Virus record (IMG/VR): IMGVR_UViG_3300025652_000050
From: an uncultured virus (IMG/VR IMGVR_UViG_3300025652_000050)
Taxonomy: Duplodnaviria; Heunggongvirae; Uroviricota; Caudoviricetes; Crassvirales
Strand: one strand, 5' to 3'
DNA: 64,000 nucleotides
The notes beneath the pieces are model-generated. The model was not told the origin of the DNA and ran no database searches. It was given only the letters and a program-made list of their open reading frames with translations. Each line of letters opens with the position of its first letter. The first letter of the stretch is position 1. Positions 16,873-27,272 of this stretch are shown here, one piece after another. Made by a program: the position numbers and the translations under genes.

Positions 16873-18502
16873 ATTTTTCGCGTTTGAGACTAACAATGTT
16901 GTCCGTTAATAGTATTGTGTTTGCAACTGATATAGCATTTACAAGAGCATTTTTGATACCTTTATGACTATCTACAATTTTTGCTTCAAACATATTCACT
17001 TTAGAAAAGTTTTTTACATCATATCCAATTGGATATTTAGGAATTTCAACTTTATTAATACCTTGCTCTAAACAGAAAATATATTTTAAATAAAACTTAA
17101 CTTTCTCAAATAATTTAAGTTTTCTTTTTTCAGTAACATCAAAATTTGCATTTTCCATTATTCTAAAAAATGGAGTAGTAATAGCTACGGAAGAAACGTA
17201 GTCTAATTCATTACTTAAATCAGCACTTGCATTCATTAAAGCAATTCCACCACCTGCTAAAACTCCTTCTTCTTTAGCTGAGTAAACTGCCTTAACTGCA
17301 TCATCAACTCTTGCTAATCTTTCAAGTAACTCACTCTCTGTAACTCCACCTACTTTTATAATAGATATTCCTCCTGAAAGTTTTGATATACGACTACTAC
17401 AGTATTTCTTCTCTGAATTACTCGTTGTATTCTTGATTACTTCTTTTAATTCAGCTATTTGTCCTTGGACTTTTTCTGAAATAGTTTCATCAACTTTTGG
17501 AGTTATGATAGTATCAGTTTTTCCAATAACAATCTTTTGACATTCACCAAAAAACTCAGCGGTTCTTCCATCAAAATTATCTCCTGATAAAGTTGTGATA
17601 CATTGTGTTCCACAAATCATTGCTAAATCTTTCAAAGTATCTTTACGTTTTTGACCAAAACTTGGAGGTGCAACAACTGAAATTTTCAAAGCTCCTTTCA
17701 ATTTGTTTTTAAGTAAAACATCTTTTACGTGAAACTCCATTTCAGATACAATAACTAATTCTCTATTATTGTTGGCAGCAAATTCCAAGAAAGGTGAAAT
17801 TTGATTTACAGTCTTGAAATTAATTTCAGAAAAAATCATTAAAGGGTTGTTATCGAACACTACCGTTCTATCTGAATGCACATTTATAAATAAATCATCT
17901 ACATATCCACTCTCTACAAGAGTTCCTTCAATAGTCTCTAAATACGTTTCATCTGTATCACTTCTAAAATGTGCTACTGCTCCATTTTCTCCTGCAGATA
18001 AAAAAGCATCTGTTACAATTTTTGCAATTTCTTCATCAGAATTTGCAGAAGTTTTTGCAACACTATAAATCAATTCATCTGTAATTGGAGTAGCAATTTT
18101 TTCTAAGTACTCCAATATCTTATCACGAGATTTTTCAATGTCGTTTTTAATATCAATTGGAGATTTCCCTTTCTTAAACTCCTCGTATGAATACTTTACA
18201 AAAGCCTGAGCCAAAACAATTGTAGCAGTAGTGGAATCACCTGCTAAATCAACAGTTTTTTGAGAAGCTTCTTTAAGTAATTCACAAGCTAAATTATGTA
18301 GTGGGTTTTCTAAATGGATTGCTTGAAGTGCATCATATCCATCTTTTGTAGGGTAATTTTTATTACCTTCAGTTTCTATTAAAACTGTACGACCTCTATA
18401 TCCAAGTGTTGAGCCAATTACGTTTCCGATAATGTTTACTCCCTCAATAAGAGATTCCTTAGCCTGATTTCCAGAACTAATGTCTTTAATAATGTTACTC
18501 AT
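16862..18502 (-). CDS. groEL: Chaperonin GroEL (cpn60)
   Basis: TLGYRGRTV, TKDG, AGDSTTAT, PSFGQKRK, KLSGGISIIKVGG, EEGVLAGGG. Confidence 0.95.
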   Translation of the reverse strand: MSNIIKDISSGNQAKESLIEGVNIIGNVIGSTLGYRGRTVLIETEGNKNYPTKDGYDALQAIHLENPLHNLACELLKEASQKTVDLAGDSTTATIVLAQAFVKYSYEEFKKGKSPIDIKNDIEKSRDKILEYLEKIATPITDELIYSVAKTSANSDEEIAKIVTDAFLSAGENGAVAHFRSDTDETYLETIEGTLVESGYVDDLFINVHSDRTVVFDNNPLMIFSEINFKTVNQISPFLEFAANNNRELVIVSEMEFHVKDVLLKNKLKGALKISVVAPPSFGQKRKDTLKDLAMICGTQCITTLSGDNFDGRTAEFFGECQKIVIGKTDTIITPKVDETISEKVQGQIAELKEVIKNTTSNSEKKYCSSRISKLSGGISIIKVGGVTESELLERLARVDDAVKAVYSAKEEGVLAGGGIALMNASADLSNELDYVSSVAITTPFFRIMENANFDVTEKRKLKLFEKVKFYLKYIFCLEQGINKVEIPKYPIGYDVKNFSKVNMFEAKIVDSHKGIKNALVNAISVANTILLTDNIVSLKREKYEL

Positions 18503-18631
18503 ATAAAGTATATTTGATTAAAATTTTAAACAAAAATAACTATTTGTCAATTGATATACAAATAATTAGAGATTAACAATTATTTTATTTATTTTTGTTC
18601 TGTTTAACAAGACTTATTAAAAATAGTAACA

Positions 18632-18937
18632 ATGGCAAAATACAATATAACGGCTAATGGCAATCAACTTGTTATAACACTTATTGTTACCGACCAAGAC
18701 TTTTCACCAAATATCCGAACCTTTAAAACTCCAAGTATAAAATTAACTCCATTTACTGTAAAGTTTATGGAAGATGGATTTTATAAAATGGCTTTAAATT
18801 TCAATGAAATAAATCAAATCGGTGGAGCAGCACCTATTGACTTAAATGATGCATCAGATTTAATTATTGAGTTAATTGGAACAGGAACTATTGAAGGAGG
18901 TATTTTTGATAAAACATTTGACGATACTTTTGAATAA
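18632..18937 (+). CDS. Putative virion protein, paralogue of the N-terminus of 19416..20549
   Basis: Shared GNQLV..LIVT..DFSPN.RTFK.PSIKLTP. Confidence 0.7.
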   Translation: MAKYNITANGNQLVITLIVTDQDFSPNIRTFKTPSIKLTPFTVKFMEDGFYKMALNFNEINQIGGAAPIDLNDASDLIIELIGTGTIEGGIFDKTFDDTFE

Positions 18938-18959
18938 AAACTTTAAAAAATAAAAAATT

Positions 18960-19397
18960 ATGACACCAAGTATAGAAGCTAAAATAGTAGTAATAGAAGA
19001 AGAAACAGGTATTGGAGCAAATACCAAATTAAGAATTGGAGAAGTTTTAAGAGAAATTGCAAACGAAAAACCATATAAAGTATATACTGCAATTCTTACA
19101 CAAACAGGAACAGATGACCCTGTAGTGGTAGAGTTAGAAAACACTCTTGGAAATATTGTTTGGACAAGATTAGGGATTGGTCAGTATAACGCTACAACAA
19201 TTAACTTGTTTACTGCAAACAAGACTTTTTTAACAATACAAGGCTCTAATGATGGAGATACTTCTGCCGCTTACGTTAAAGACAAACTATATAAAGTAGA
19301 TGAAAATAATTTAAGTTGTATAACAGTAGATGGAGTAAATACGCGTTCTGACGGTTTCTTAAACAACACATCAATAGAAATTCGAGTTTATAACTAA
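18960..19397 (+). CDS. Putative virion/tail-associated protein
   Basis: YKVYTAILTQTGTDDP...IEIRVY beta-rich domain. Confidence 0.65.
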   Translation: MTPSIEAKIVVIEEETGIGANTKLRIGEVLREIANEKPYKVYTAILTQTGTDDPVVVELENTLGNIVWTRLGIGQYNATTINLFTANKTFLTIQGSNDGDTSAAYVKDKLYKVDENNLSCITVDGVNTRSDGFLNNTSIEIRVYN

Positions 19398-19415
19398 CAT
19401 AAAAAAACATAAATC

Positions 19416-20549
19416 ATGGCACAATACAATATTTCAGTAAGTGGTAATCAATTAGTAGTAGAGCTAATTGTAACAGGAGGAGATTTTTCACCAAATGTTA
19501 GAACATTCAAAAGTCCGAGTATAAAGCTTACTCCTGACACAATTAAATTCAATGAGAGTGGGATATATAAAATGTCCTTAAACTTTAACGAAATAAACGA
19601 AATCGGAGGAATTGTACCTACTGATTTAGAAGATGCTGCTAATCTAGTTACAGATTTAATAGCAAATTTTAATGGGGGAGGTGCATCCCCAGAAATAAAT
19701 GCAGCATTATTAGCTTCAGAAAATCCAAGTGATACTAATCCATTTGCAACTGAAACTTGGGTAGATGATAATTTTCAATCGATTTTAGTTTCTGGAACAA
19801 ATATTAAAACAATTAACGGAACATCAGTTTTAGGGAGTGGAGATTTGACTGTTCCTGGCGGAAGTGGTGACGGTGATTTTGAATTCTACGGAGTTGTTAG
19901 ATACATACCTTTAACAAATACATGGGAATTGTTAAATGATGCGGCACATAGTTCTAAAAACATAACATCTATAATTTCCACAGATACTACAAACGGATTT
20001 AAAATTAACCCAACATATCCGTCTGATGCCTTATATAATATAGGTTTTGTTAATATCACACCTGATGAAAGTTTAGTCCGTTCTGGAATTTCGGCAGGAG
20101 CTTCTTTTGGATTTACGCAAATTACTTGTCCTGTGGTTCAAAATCAAGGTTTCGGATTCATAATGAATGGCACAGTAATACTATCAGACACCACACACAT
20201 TGTACCAGTTGCTTATGAGTTAAGTTGGGACGCAACAGCAATGAGCTTAACATTGGAATTTCGAGGTTTGAACCAACAAGTCGGAGAAGGATTGGGTGCT
20301 TCTAATTTCAATGTAAACATACTTCCTTCTAGTAATTCTAATTTTTTCTTCGCAAGGTATGATTTGAATTACACCCCAAATGGTACAAAAATAAAAATTA
20401 AATTTTACGATTTATCTGGTAATGTTGTTACGCCTACAGGTAGATGGTTGTTTAATAGAACGCAACCTTGGCAACCATTGAATAATCAACTAAGTAAGGT
20501 TGGTCCAAACGCTAACTTTTGGGTTTATGGAAAATATAAAAAAGTTTAG
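19416..20549 (+). CDS. Putative tail fibre/spike protein
   Basis: LVSGTNIKTINGTSVLGSGDL fibre motif, beta-rich C-terminus. Confidence 0.65.
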   Translation: MAQYNISVSGNQLVVELIVTGGDFSPNVRTFKSPSIKLTPDTIKFNESGIYKMSLNFNEINEIGGIVPTDLEDAANLVTDLIANFNGGGASPEINAALLASENPSDTNPFATETWVDDNFQSILVSGTNIKTINGTSVLGSGDLTVPGGSGDGDFEFYGVVRYIPLTNTWELLNDAAHSSKNITSIISTDTTNGFKINPTYPSDALYNIGFVNITPDESLVRSGISAGASFGFTQITCPVVQNQGFGFIMNGTVILSDTTHIVPVAYELSWDATAMSLTLEFRGLNQQVGEGLGASNFNVNILPSSNSNFFFARYDLNYTPNGTKIKIKFYDLSGNVVTPTGRWLFNRTQPWQPLNNQLSKVGPNANFWVYGKYKKV

Positions 20550-20701
20550 TAGCTTTTGGATCTACTTTTGGACTTCCTTTAATAATATGTATAATTCAAA
20601 ATTTAAGATAAATGAGATATTTTACGAGCAGTTCTTGGGGCTATAATAGTTCTGTTTATTAATTCTAGATTTTAAAAAAAAAATAAAAAAAAATAAAAAA
20701 A

Positions 20702-20860
20702 ATGACATCAACAGTAATAATTTTAGAAGGAACATTTTCAGAGGAAACAATTGACAGAGTGAATGAGTTTTTAGCTTATATGGAAACCGTAGAAGAAGTT
20801 GAAAAAGTTTCACATTCAATAGGTGGAGGAGGATTTATAAACACTAAACCAAAAAAATAA
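20702..20860 (+). CDS. Small protein (52 aa, not in ORF track)
   Basis: MTSTVIILEG...SIGGGGFINTKPKK*, A-rich leader, abuts next gene. Confidence 0.6.
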   Translation: MTSTVIILEGTFSEETIDRVNEFLAYMETVEEVEKVSHSIGGGGFINTKPKK

Positions 20861-21187
20861 TTGAAGAAGTTAGTAAATATATTAAAGGAGTATTACCCAC
20901 CAATTGTATTAGTGGTGATACTCTTTTTTTTATTAATTGATTTGGAAAACTACCATATTTTGATTATATTTTCTAATGTATTTGGGTTTTCAATAGTTGG
21001 AAATTCGATTATAAAAGAGAGATACAAAAAAAATAGTTTAAGCAGAAATTCTGTATATGGATTGAATGTTATAAATTTATTGAATATTATAGGTTGTTTT
21101 TTAAATTATGAACTTTATATAAAATATTTAATGATAACTACTATAATTTTAGTATTAACTGTAACAGTCTATAAAAGATGCAAATAG
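20861..21187 (+). CDS. Multi-pass membrane protein
   Basis: Three to four hydrophobic segments; TTG start. Confidence 0.6.
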   Translation: MKKLVNILKEYYPPIVLVVILFFLLIDLENYHILIIFSNVFGFSIVGNSIIKERYKKNSLSRNSVYGLNVINLLNIIGCFLNYELYIKYLMITTIILVLTVTVYKRCK

Positions 21188-21489
21188 AAGAAGAAGTAAA
21201 AAAAAATGCGATGAGATTAGAGAGATTAGAGAACCATTATGATTTCTTAAAAAAGAGTAATGAGAGAATTGAAGCTAATGTTAATAAGATTTCTGAAGCA
21301 TTACTTGGAAATCCTTTTGGAGACGTTGGATTAGTTGAAAGGTTTAAAGAAAACAGTAAAAGAACTACTGAAATTGAAAAAGAAATGGAGAAAATGAAAG
21401 TTTATTTCAAGCAATTTGCATGGTTTACTGCTATAGTAGTAAGTGCAGTTTTAGTAATATTAATTAAGTATATTTTTAAAGGATTATGA
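21178..21489 (+). CDS. Coiled-coil protein with C-terminal TM (lysis-cassette associated)
   Basis: Coiled coil, GLVERF, C-terminal hydrophobic helix. Confidence 0.65.
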   Translation: MQIEEEVKKNAMRLERLENHYDFLKKSNERIEANVNKISEALLGNPFGDVGLVERFKENSKRTTEIEKEMEKMKVYFKQFAWFTAIVVSAVLVILIKYIFKGL

Positions 21490-21752
21490 AAAAATTAAGA
21501 GACGATACGCTTAAAAGTCCAAACGGAAAATATAGTAGAAAATCACTAACGATGTTCTGCTCATTTCTAGTATGTATAATCCTTGGAACATACATTGTAA
21601 TTTCTAACTACATAACTCAAACGCCAATTGCAACTCACGCGATTGATGTTTTTAATGGATTTTTGCTTCTTGTGGGTACTTTATCTGGAATAACTGTTTG
21701 GGACAAGCAAACTTTATCTAAAAATAATACTAACTCAAACACAGAGGAATAA
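21486..21752 (+). CDS. Putative holin
   Basis: GKYSRKSL plus two TM helices, directly before the endolysin. Confidence 0.65.
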   Translation: MKKLRDDTLKSPNGKYSRKSLTMFCSFLVCIILGTYIVISNYITQTPIATHAIDVFNGFLLLVGTLSGITVWDKQTLSKNNTNSNTEE

Positions 21753-22342
21753 TGGGAGTACTTACAATACCAAATAAACCGCAAGTTAAAAAATCAGTAA
21801 TTGATAAAATTCTGAAAGACAAAGGAATTGATACTAAAAAATATCCAATGCTTATTATTGGTATTCGTGGTTATTTCCTTAATACTTTAGGAGAAAAAGG
21901 AACAAACGACAGAGGTTTATACGATGATGCATTAATCATTTATACTCCAAGCGTATATGCTACTTTTAATGGAAACGTTGACCCAAGTGTTCAGTATAAA
22001 ACAGGAAGAGCAGTATTAAAAAAAGGTTTTTATTTATCACATAAATTCGATATTCATGGTGGAAGAACTTCTCAATATCCTGCAATTTGTCAGAGATTAG
22101 GGAAGGTTACTGTAATTCGTGATGGAAAAGGTGAAGATACAGGAAACTTTGGAATTAACATTCATAAAGGAGGTTTTGGAACAACAAGTTCTGAAGGTTG
22201 TCAAACTATACCACCAAGCCAATGGGATGCTTTTTATCAATTAGCAAAATCAGAATGGATTCGTGCTTATGGAAATGATTGGAACAAAGTAGTAGTTCCT
22301 TATTTACTTTTAGATAATCAGTCAGATAAATTAGGAATTTAA
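21752..22342 (+). CDS. Putative endolysin (L,D-transpeptidase-like Cys peptidase)
   Basis: IGIRG, YDD, GINIHKG...SSEGCQ His/Cys motif; lysis context. Confidence 0.7.
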   Translation: MGVLTIPNKPQVKKSVIDKILKDKGIDTKKYPMLIIGIRGYFLNTLGEKGTNDRGLYDDALIIYTPSVYATFNGNVDPSVQYKTGRAVLKKGFYLSHKFDIHGGRTSQYPAICQRLGKVTVIRDGKGEDTGNFGINIHKGGFGTTSSEGCQTIPPSQWDAFYQLAKSEWIRAYGNDWNKVVVPYLLLDNQSDKLGI

Positions 22343-22353
22343 TAGTTTAAAAA

Positions 22354-23091
22354 ATGATACAGATAAATCCAATTAAAATTTACGAATTTTTGAAAAGATA
22401 CACACCACACTTCATTGCAATTGTGGTTATTTTGTTTTGTTTAAAACAATGCAATAATACAGAAGTTTTAACTGCTGAAAAAGATGCTTTAGAGAAACAA
22501 GTAAAAGTTTCTGAACAACTAATAGCTGATAAACTTTCAGAGAACGAATTAATCCAGAAAAACTTAATTGATAAATACAAAGACACTATTGCGTTTTTAG
22601 ATAGTCAAGCATATAAGAAGCAGTTAATAATAGAAGAACTCAACAGAGAGAGAAAAAACAAGGCAGAATCGGTCAAAAACTTTAATGATGATGATATGGT
22701 TCGATTCTATGTAGATAGATACCATAATAAAAATGTTTTCAAGACTATTATTGGAGTAGAACTTCAAACAGAAGTATCTAAAAAAGTAGTATCTGATTTA
22801 GTCGATAGAGATGTATTAGATAATTTACTAATTGAGACAACTGATTTACTTGCAATAGAAAAGGATGCAAGTTTTTTAAAAGACTCAGTAATAAATAATC
22901 TTGAGTATAAGGAAAAAAACCTTAATTTTGTGATTAAAGAAAAAGGTAATATCATTGGAAATCAGAATGAAATGATTAAAGTCCAAGAAAATATTATCAA
23001 AAAACAAACAAGAAAAAACAACCTGTATAAATATGCTATACCTGCAGCAATAGTTACAGGAATAGTTACAGGAGTATTAATAACAAAATAA
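22354..23091 (+). CDS. Putative spanin (possibly unimolecular)
   Basis: N-terminal hydrophobic stretch ending LKQC, long coiled coil, C-terminal TM. Confidence 0.55.
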   Translation: MIQINPIKIYEFLKRYTPHFIAIVVILFCLKQCNNTEVLTAEKDALEKQVKVSEQLIADKLSENELIQKNLIDKYKDTIAFLDSQAYKKQLIIEELNRERKNKAESVKNFNDDDMVRFYVDRYHNKNVFKTIIGVELQTEVSKKVVSDLVDRDVLDNLLIETTDLLAIEKDASFLKDSVINNLEYKEKNLNFVIKEKGNIIGNQNEMIKVQENIIKKQTRKNNLYKYAIPAAIVTGIVTGVLITK

Positions 23092-23098
23092 AACTGAG

Positions 23099-25918
23099 AT
23101 GACTAAAATATCTAATCAACAAGTTTACAAACCAGATACAGAAATAGTAGGGAAAGACTATGTTGTAGGTACTGATAGTAACCAAGCTAAAAAAACTGTT
23201 AATTTCAGAATTGAAGATATTGGAAGTCATTTTAATTCGGTTAATGGAGTAAGAAATTTTGATTTTTATTTTTACGCACACCAATCAGCAAACCCAAAAC
23301 CTGCTGATGGATGCTTCTACTCAAATGGTAATGAACAAGATCCAAATAACATAACAGAATTTTACTTCTCTAAAATTACTCAATTAGGAAAAGATATATC
23401 TCAATTCTTCCAAAGTATTGAAACTGAAAATCCTTTTGATTTAGTAATAGCTCAGAAAACAGGAGTAAACTCAGTAATATTCTTTCAAATAGATAATATC
23501 GAGATTTTTAATGGGTACTATAAATTAAATGTTTCAGAAGTATTTTTTCCTGAAGGAAATGGAATAGAATACATTTTAAGCTATGCTATTTTTAATTTAA
23601 AACCTATTGGAAATACTTCGGGAAATACTGATTTAGGGTATATTGAATCACCAACACAAGGTACTGTAACAAGTGACACAGGTACAGATGCAAATATACC
23701 TGTTGTAGATTTTACTATTGCAGGATTACAAACTCCAAGTGATAAACAGTTAGAATATAATAATGCATCAACAGGACTAATATCTTTTGATGGCTTATCT
23801 ATAAATGCAGATAACACTAAATTTGACGTAGGTTTAATAAAAGGGTGGTTTGTAGATAACACAACTAATCCTGAAATACCAACAAAAACCTATGTCGAGT
23901 TTTCACAATCTTTAGCTAATTCGGTTAATAATATAGCAACTCAGAATGTAACTTATATTGCGATAAACTCTTCAGGTGTATTACAACAAAGCGGAATTCC
24001 ATTTGAACCCGAACAACAAAGAGATTGGATTCCTTTAGGTGTAGTTATACATTCAAACAGAACAAACATAAATGCTGTAAACAATCAACCTGTAGTAGCA
24101 TTAAGTCCTAACAATCAACTTTCTGATTTGATGGAAAGTATAGGATTTTTTAATATTTCAGGAAATGCATTTTCCCCAAATGGTGCAAATTTAAATATAA
24201 ATAAAAGTGCAGGACACGTATTTAAACAAGGGAGTAATTTTATAAATAATAATAAAGACCCTCACACTTTAAGTTTAAATGCTTTAGTTGCACCAAGTAA
24301 TATAAGATATAGACTTCAAGATGGAACAGAGTCATCAGATTCATCAATCATAGACCCTAATTTTTGGGACAATGGTGGAACATTAACAGCAATGATAGGT
24401 ACTAGATGGAGTATTCAAAGAATATACATTTTTCAGTCTAACTTAGTAAGAATCCAATACGGACAAGCTACTTACTCTAACCAAGCTGATGCAATACAAG
24501 CTATAGCAACTGAAGCTTTTGTAGTTGAACAAAACTTGTTAGAGAATGGTCTTTTTAGAGGTCTTTTAATAGTAAGAAGAAACGCAACGGATTTGACAGA
24601 TACTTCAAGAGCCTTATTTATTGAAGCAAGTAAATTTGGAAGTGTCGCAGGATTAGGTAGTTTAAGTACAACATCTCTACAGCAAGCTTATAATAACTCA
24701 CTAACTCCTGAAATAATAACAGACTCTACGTTAGGCGCAGTCTCTATAAAAAGAGGGAGTGCTTCTGATACAGATAACATAATTGAAGGTTTAAATAATG
24801 CAGGTTCTGTAACAAGTTGGATAAAAGCAGATGGAACAAGTAGCTTTGAACAAGTTTCAAACAAAAAAACAGATTTAGAAGCAAATAAAACCTCAAATAC
24901 TTTCTATGCAAGTTGTAAGGCTATTGTAGATTGGATTTATAATTTTTTCATTCCATTAGCAGGAATTACAGTTAGCGGAAGAAAAATGAAGTTCAACTTC
25001 CTTTCAACAGGCTTAAAAATATCATCACGTTCAGATGGTAGCGAAATTGGGGTTGATATTAACACTGACAATCTACCTAGTGATATAAATGTACAATTCG
25101 GAGTAGGTGGAGGAACGGTTGCTTATGAGGGAATGGCACAAAAGAATATAACTTTTAATGACTTAGATAATAATCCCTATATAAAATTTGGTTATAATTC
25201 AACTACTGATGAAACAGGTATATGGTATGATAACGGAGTAGATGTACAAACAAGATTAGCTTTATTTAATGGTGGTTTTCAAATGATAATGCCATCTTCT
25301 TCTAATTCAGGAATGACAGATGATTATTTTGGAGTAAGTAAAGGAACAAATGCATCTTTTAAAGGGATAAGGGGTAATGAAGACTTCTCCCCAAACTACG
25401 ACGATTTAACCTACGTTCAAAAGAAATGGGTGGTTGATAATTTTAGTAAATATTTATTAAAAGTAATTACACCAACTGCACCAGTAACGGGTACTACTGC
25501 AGAAACTGTTTTATATACTTGGTTTGTACCAGCTGATACTTTTTCAACAACGGATAGAATTTCAATTGATGACTTTACTTGTGTAAGTAATGGAACATTA
25601 ACAGGAACTTCATTAGCTAGAATAAGGTTTAATACAACTTCAACAGTTGATATATCGACTAATAACAAAGTTTTTGCTACAATAGCTTTTTCAGCTGGTT
25701 CAGGTGATAGATATTTTAGAGCCGAAAGAATTGTTGATTTTATAGGTGGGAAAATAAAAGGTTATTTTAATTTAGCGGGGAGTTTTACGGACACATTTTC
25801 AAGTGTGTACACCTCTAATGATTTCGATACAACAGTTGATAACTGGTTTTTCTTTACAATTCAACCAGCAGATGTAAGCAACTCAATTTACATGAAAAAT
25901 TTAATAATAACAAAATAA
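23099..25918 (+). CDS. Putative tail fibre / receptor-binding protein
   Basis: 939 aa, mosaic S/T/G/N-rich; N-terminal domain shared with 26032..26967. Confidence 0.65.
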   Translation: MTKISNQQVYKPDTEIVGKDYVVGTDSNQAKKTVNFRIEDIGSHFNSVNGVRNFDFYFYAHQSANPKPADGCFYSNGNEQDPNNITEFYFSKITQLGKDISQFFQSIETENPFDLVIAQKTGVNSVIFFQIDNIEIFNGYYKLNVSEVFFPEGNGIEYILSYAIFNLKPIGNTSGNTDLGYIESPTQGTVTSDTGTDANIPVVDFTIAGLQTPSDKQLEYNNASTGLISFDGLSINADNTKFDVGLIKGWFVDNTTNPEIPTKTYVEFSQSLANSVNNIATQNVTYIAINSSGVLQQSGIPFEPEQQRDWIPLGVVIHSNRTNINAVNNQPVVALSPNNQLSDLMESIGFFNISGNAFSPNGANLNINKSAGHVFKQGSNFINNNKDPHTLSLNALVAPSNIRYRLQDGTESSDSSIIDPNFWDNGGTLTAMIGTRWSIQRIYIFQSNLVRIQYGQATYSNQADAIQAIATEAFVVEQNLLENGLFRGLLIVRRNATDLTDTSRALFIEASKFGSVAGLGSLSTTSLQQAYNNSLTPEIITDSTLGAVSIKRGSASDTDNIIEGLNNAGSVTSWIKADGTSSFEQVSNKKTDLEANKTSNTFYASCKAIVDWIYNFFIPLAGITVSGRKMKFNFLSTGLKISSRSDGSEIGVDINTDNLPSDINVQFGVGGGTVAYEGMAQKNITFNDLDNNPYIKFGYNSTTDETGIWYDNGVDVQTRLALFNGGFQMIMPSSSNSGMTDDYFGVSKGTNASFKGIRGNEDFSPNYDDLTYVQKKWVVDNFSKYLLKVITPTAPVTGTTAETVLYTWFVPADTFSTTDRISIDDFTCVSNGTLTGTSLARIRFNTTSTVDISTNNKVFATIAFSAGSGDRYFRAERIVDFIGGKIKGYFNLAGSFTDTFSSVYTSNDFDTTVDNWFFFTIQPADVSNSIYMKNLIITK

Positions 25919-26031
25919 TGCAAGAAAAATTAATAGCTCTACTACCTGAGTGGTTAAAAATAGATAAAATTATAAATCAATTGTTTAATAAAAAAGATTA
26001 TTTTTGTTAAACAATTCATAATCAAAGAGAC

Positions 26032-26967
26032 ATGACAAAAATTTTAAATAAGATTGCATATCCATTAGATACTTTAATTACAGATGAAGACTATGTAATA
26101 GGTTCAGATGCAGAAACTCTTGGGAAAACAACTAAGAATTATAATATAGGAGCATTAAGAGAATTTATTTTATCAGGACTTTCTCCAGAATTAGGTGGAA
26201 CTTTAAAGATAAGAGAAATTACCTATACAGGAGTTTTTACTTCTCCTGAAGATGTGGTTAATGAACTTGTTCCTGATGTTCAAATACTATCTTATGATTT
26301 GTTTTTTGTTTCTGTAAATGGTCAAAAGTTTTTATTGAAACCTCAAAACATTTTAGTTGGAGCAGGTCAAACACCTCTTTTAGATACAGATTTTATTGAA
26401 TTTCCTATATCAGTAGGTCCTTCAGGAGAAGATGGTATAGATGGAGAGAACGGTACAGATGGAAATGGAATAGCATCAATAGTATTACATGATACAGTTG
26501 GATTAGTAAAAACATACAGAATAACTTTTACTGATGCTACTACATTTGATTTTGATGTTACAGATGGTTCAGGAGAAAATACTTATCTTACAGATGGGAC
26601 ATCTACAACTGTATCAGGAACAGGAACAGTTTCAGACCCTTTTAAAGTTGAAACTAAAAACCTTCAAAAGTCTATTGACACTTTTCCTTATACATTAGTA
26701 GCAGCAGATGACAAGCAAACTATATTTGTGGATAATTTATCAGCAAATGTTTCTATTCTTGTCCCAAATAGTTTACCTGATAGTTTTACTTGTGTATTTA
26801 TTCAAAGAGGTACAGGTACAGTTACAATAACTGCAACAGGATTAACTGTACTAAACTATCCAACTGAACTTACTGCAGTAGTAAAAGGCAGATATTACAT
26901 GGCTTTATTAGAGAAAGACACAGATACAACAAACTTCTATTTAGGTGGTGGTTTAAAATTAGTATAA
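26032..26967 (+). CDS. Putative tail fibre protein with short collagen-like stretch
   Basis: GPSGEDGIDGENGTDGNG; YTLVAADD...QRGTGTVTI C-terminal domain. Confidence 0.65.
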   Translation: MTKILNKIAYPLDTLITDEDYVIGSDAETLGKTTKNYNIGALREFILSGLSPELGGTLKIREITYTGVFTSPEDVVNELVPDVQILSYDLFFVSVNGQKFLLKPQNILVGAGQTPLLDTDFIEFPISVGPSGEDGIDGENGTDGNGIASIVLHDTVGLVKTYRITFTDATTFDFDVTDGSGENTYLTDGTSTTVSGTGTVSDPFKVETKNLQKSIDTFPYTLVAADDKQTIFVDNLSANVSILVPNSLPDSFTCVFIQRGTGTVTITATGLTVLNYPTELTAVVKGRYYMALLEKDTDTTNFYLGGGLKLV

Positions 26968-26968
26968 T

Positions 26969-27247
26969 ATGTTAAATAAATTCAAAAGATTTTATAGTAT
27001 TGACCAATCGGAAATAATAACTCCACCAAATCCTTGTTACTCTTATGAAGTAACAGTACTTGTAGAGGAAAATATTGTTTTTACTTATACTCCATGTGTG
27101 GGAAGTCCAACAACTATAACATTAAACGGAGACGGAATAACAAATCCAAGAATAGCAACATTATGTTGTAGTACAGGACCATCAACAACTGCAAATCCAT
27201 CTAAATATGATATTTTTATTGGAGATTCTTGTTTTGTTGGTGCTTAA
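26969..27247 (+). CDS. Small Cys-containing putative virion protein
   Basis: CYSY, YTPC, LCC, DSC. Confidence 0.6.
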   Translation: MLNKFKRFYSIDQSEIITPPNPCYSYEVTVLVEENIVFTYTPCVGSPTTITLNGDGITNPRIATLCCSTGPSTTANPSKYDIFIGDSCFVGA

Positions 27248-27272
27248 ATAATAATAAATTAAATAAAATATA

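Noticed and set aside
20673..20702. Poly-A tracts as a phase-variation switch
   Set aside because: Intergenic and consistent with an A-rich Bacteroidota translation leader; no length-variation evidence available
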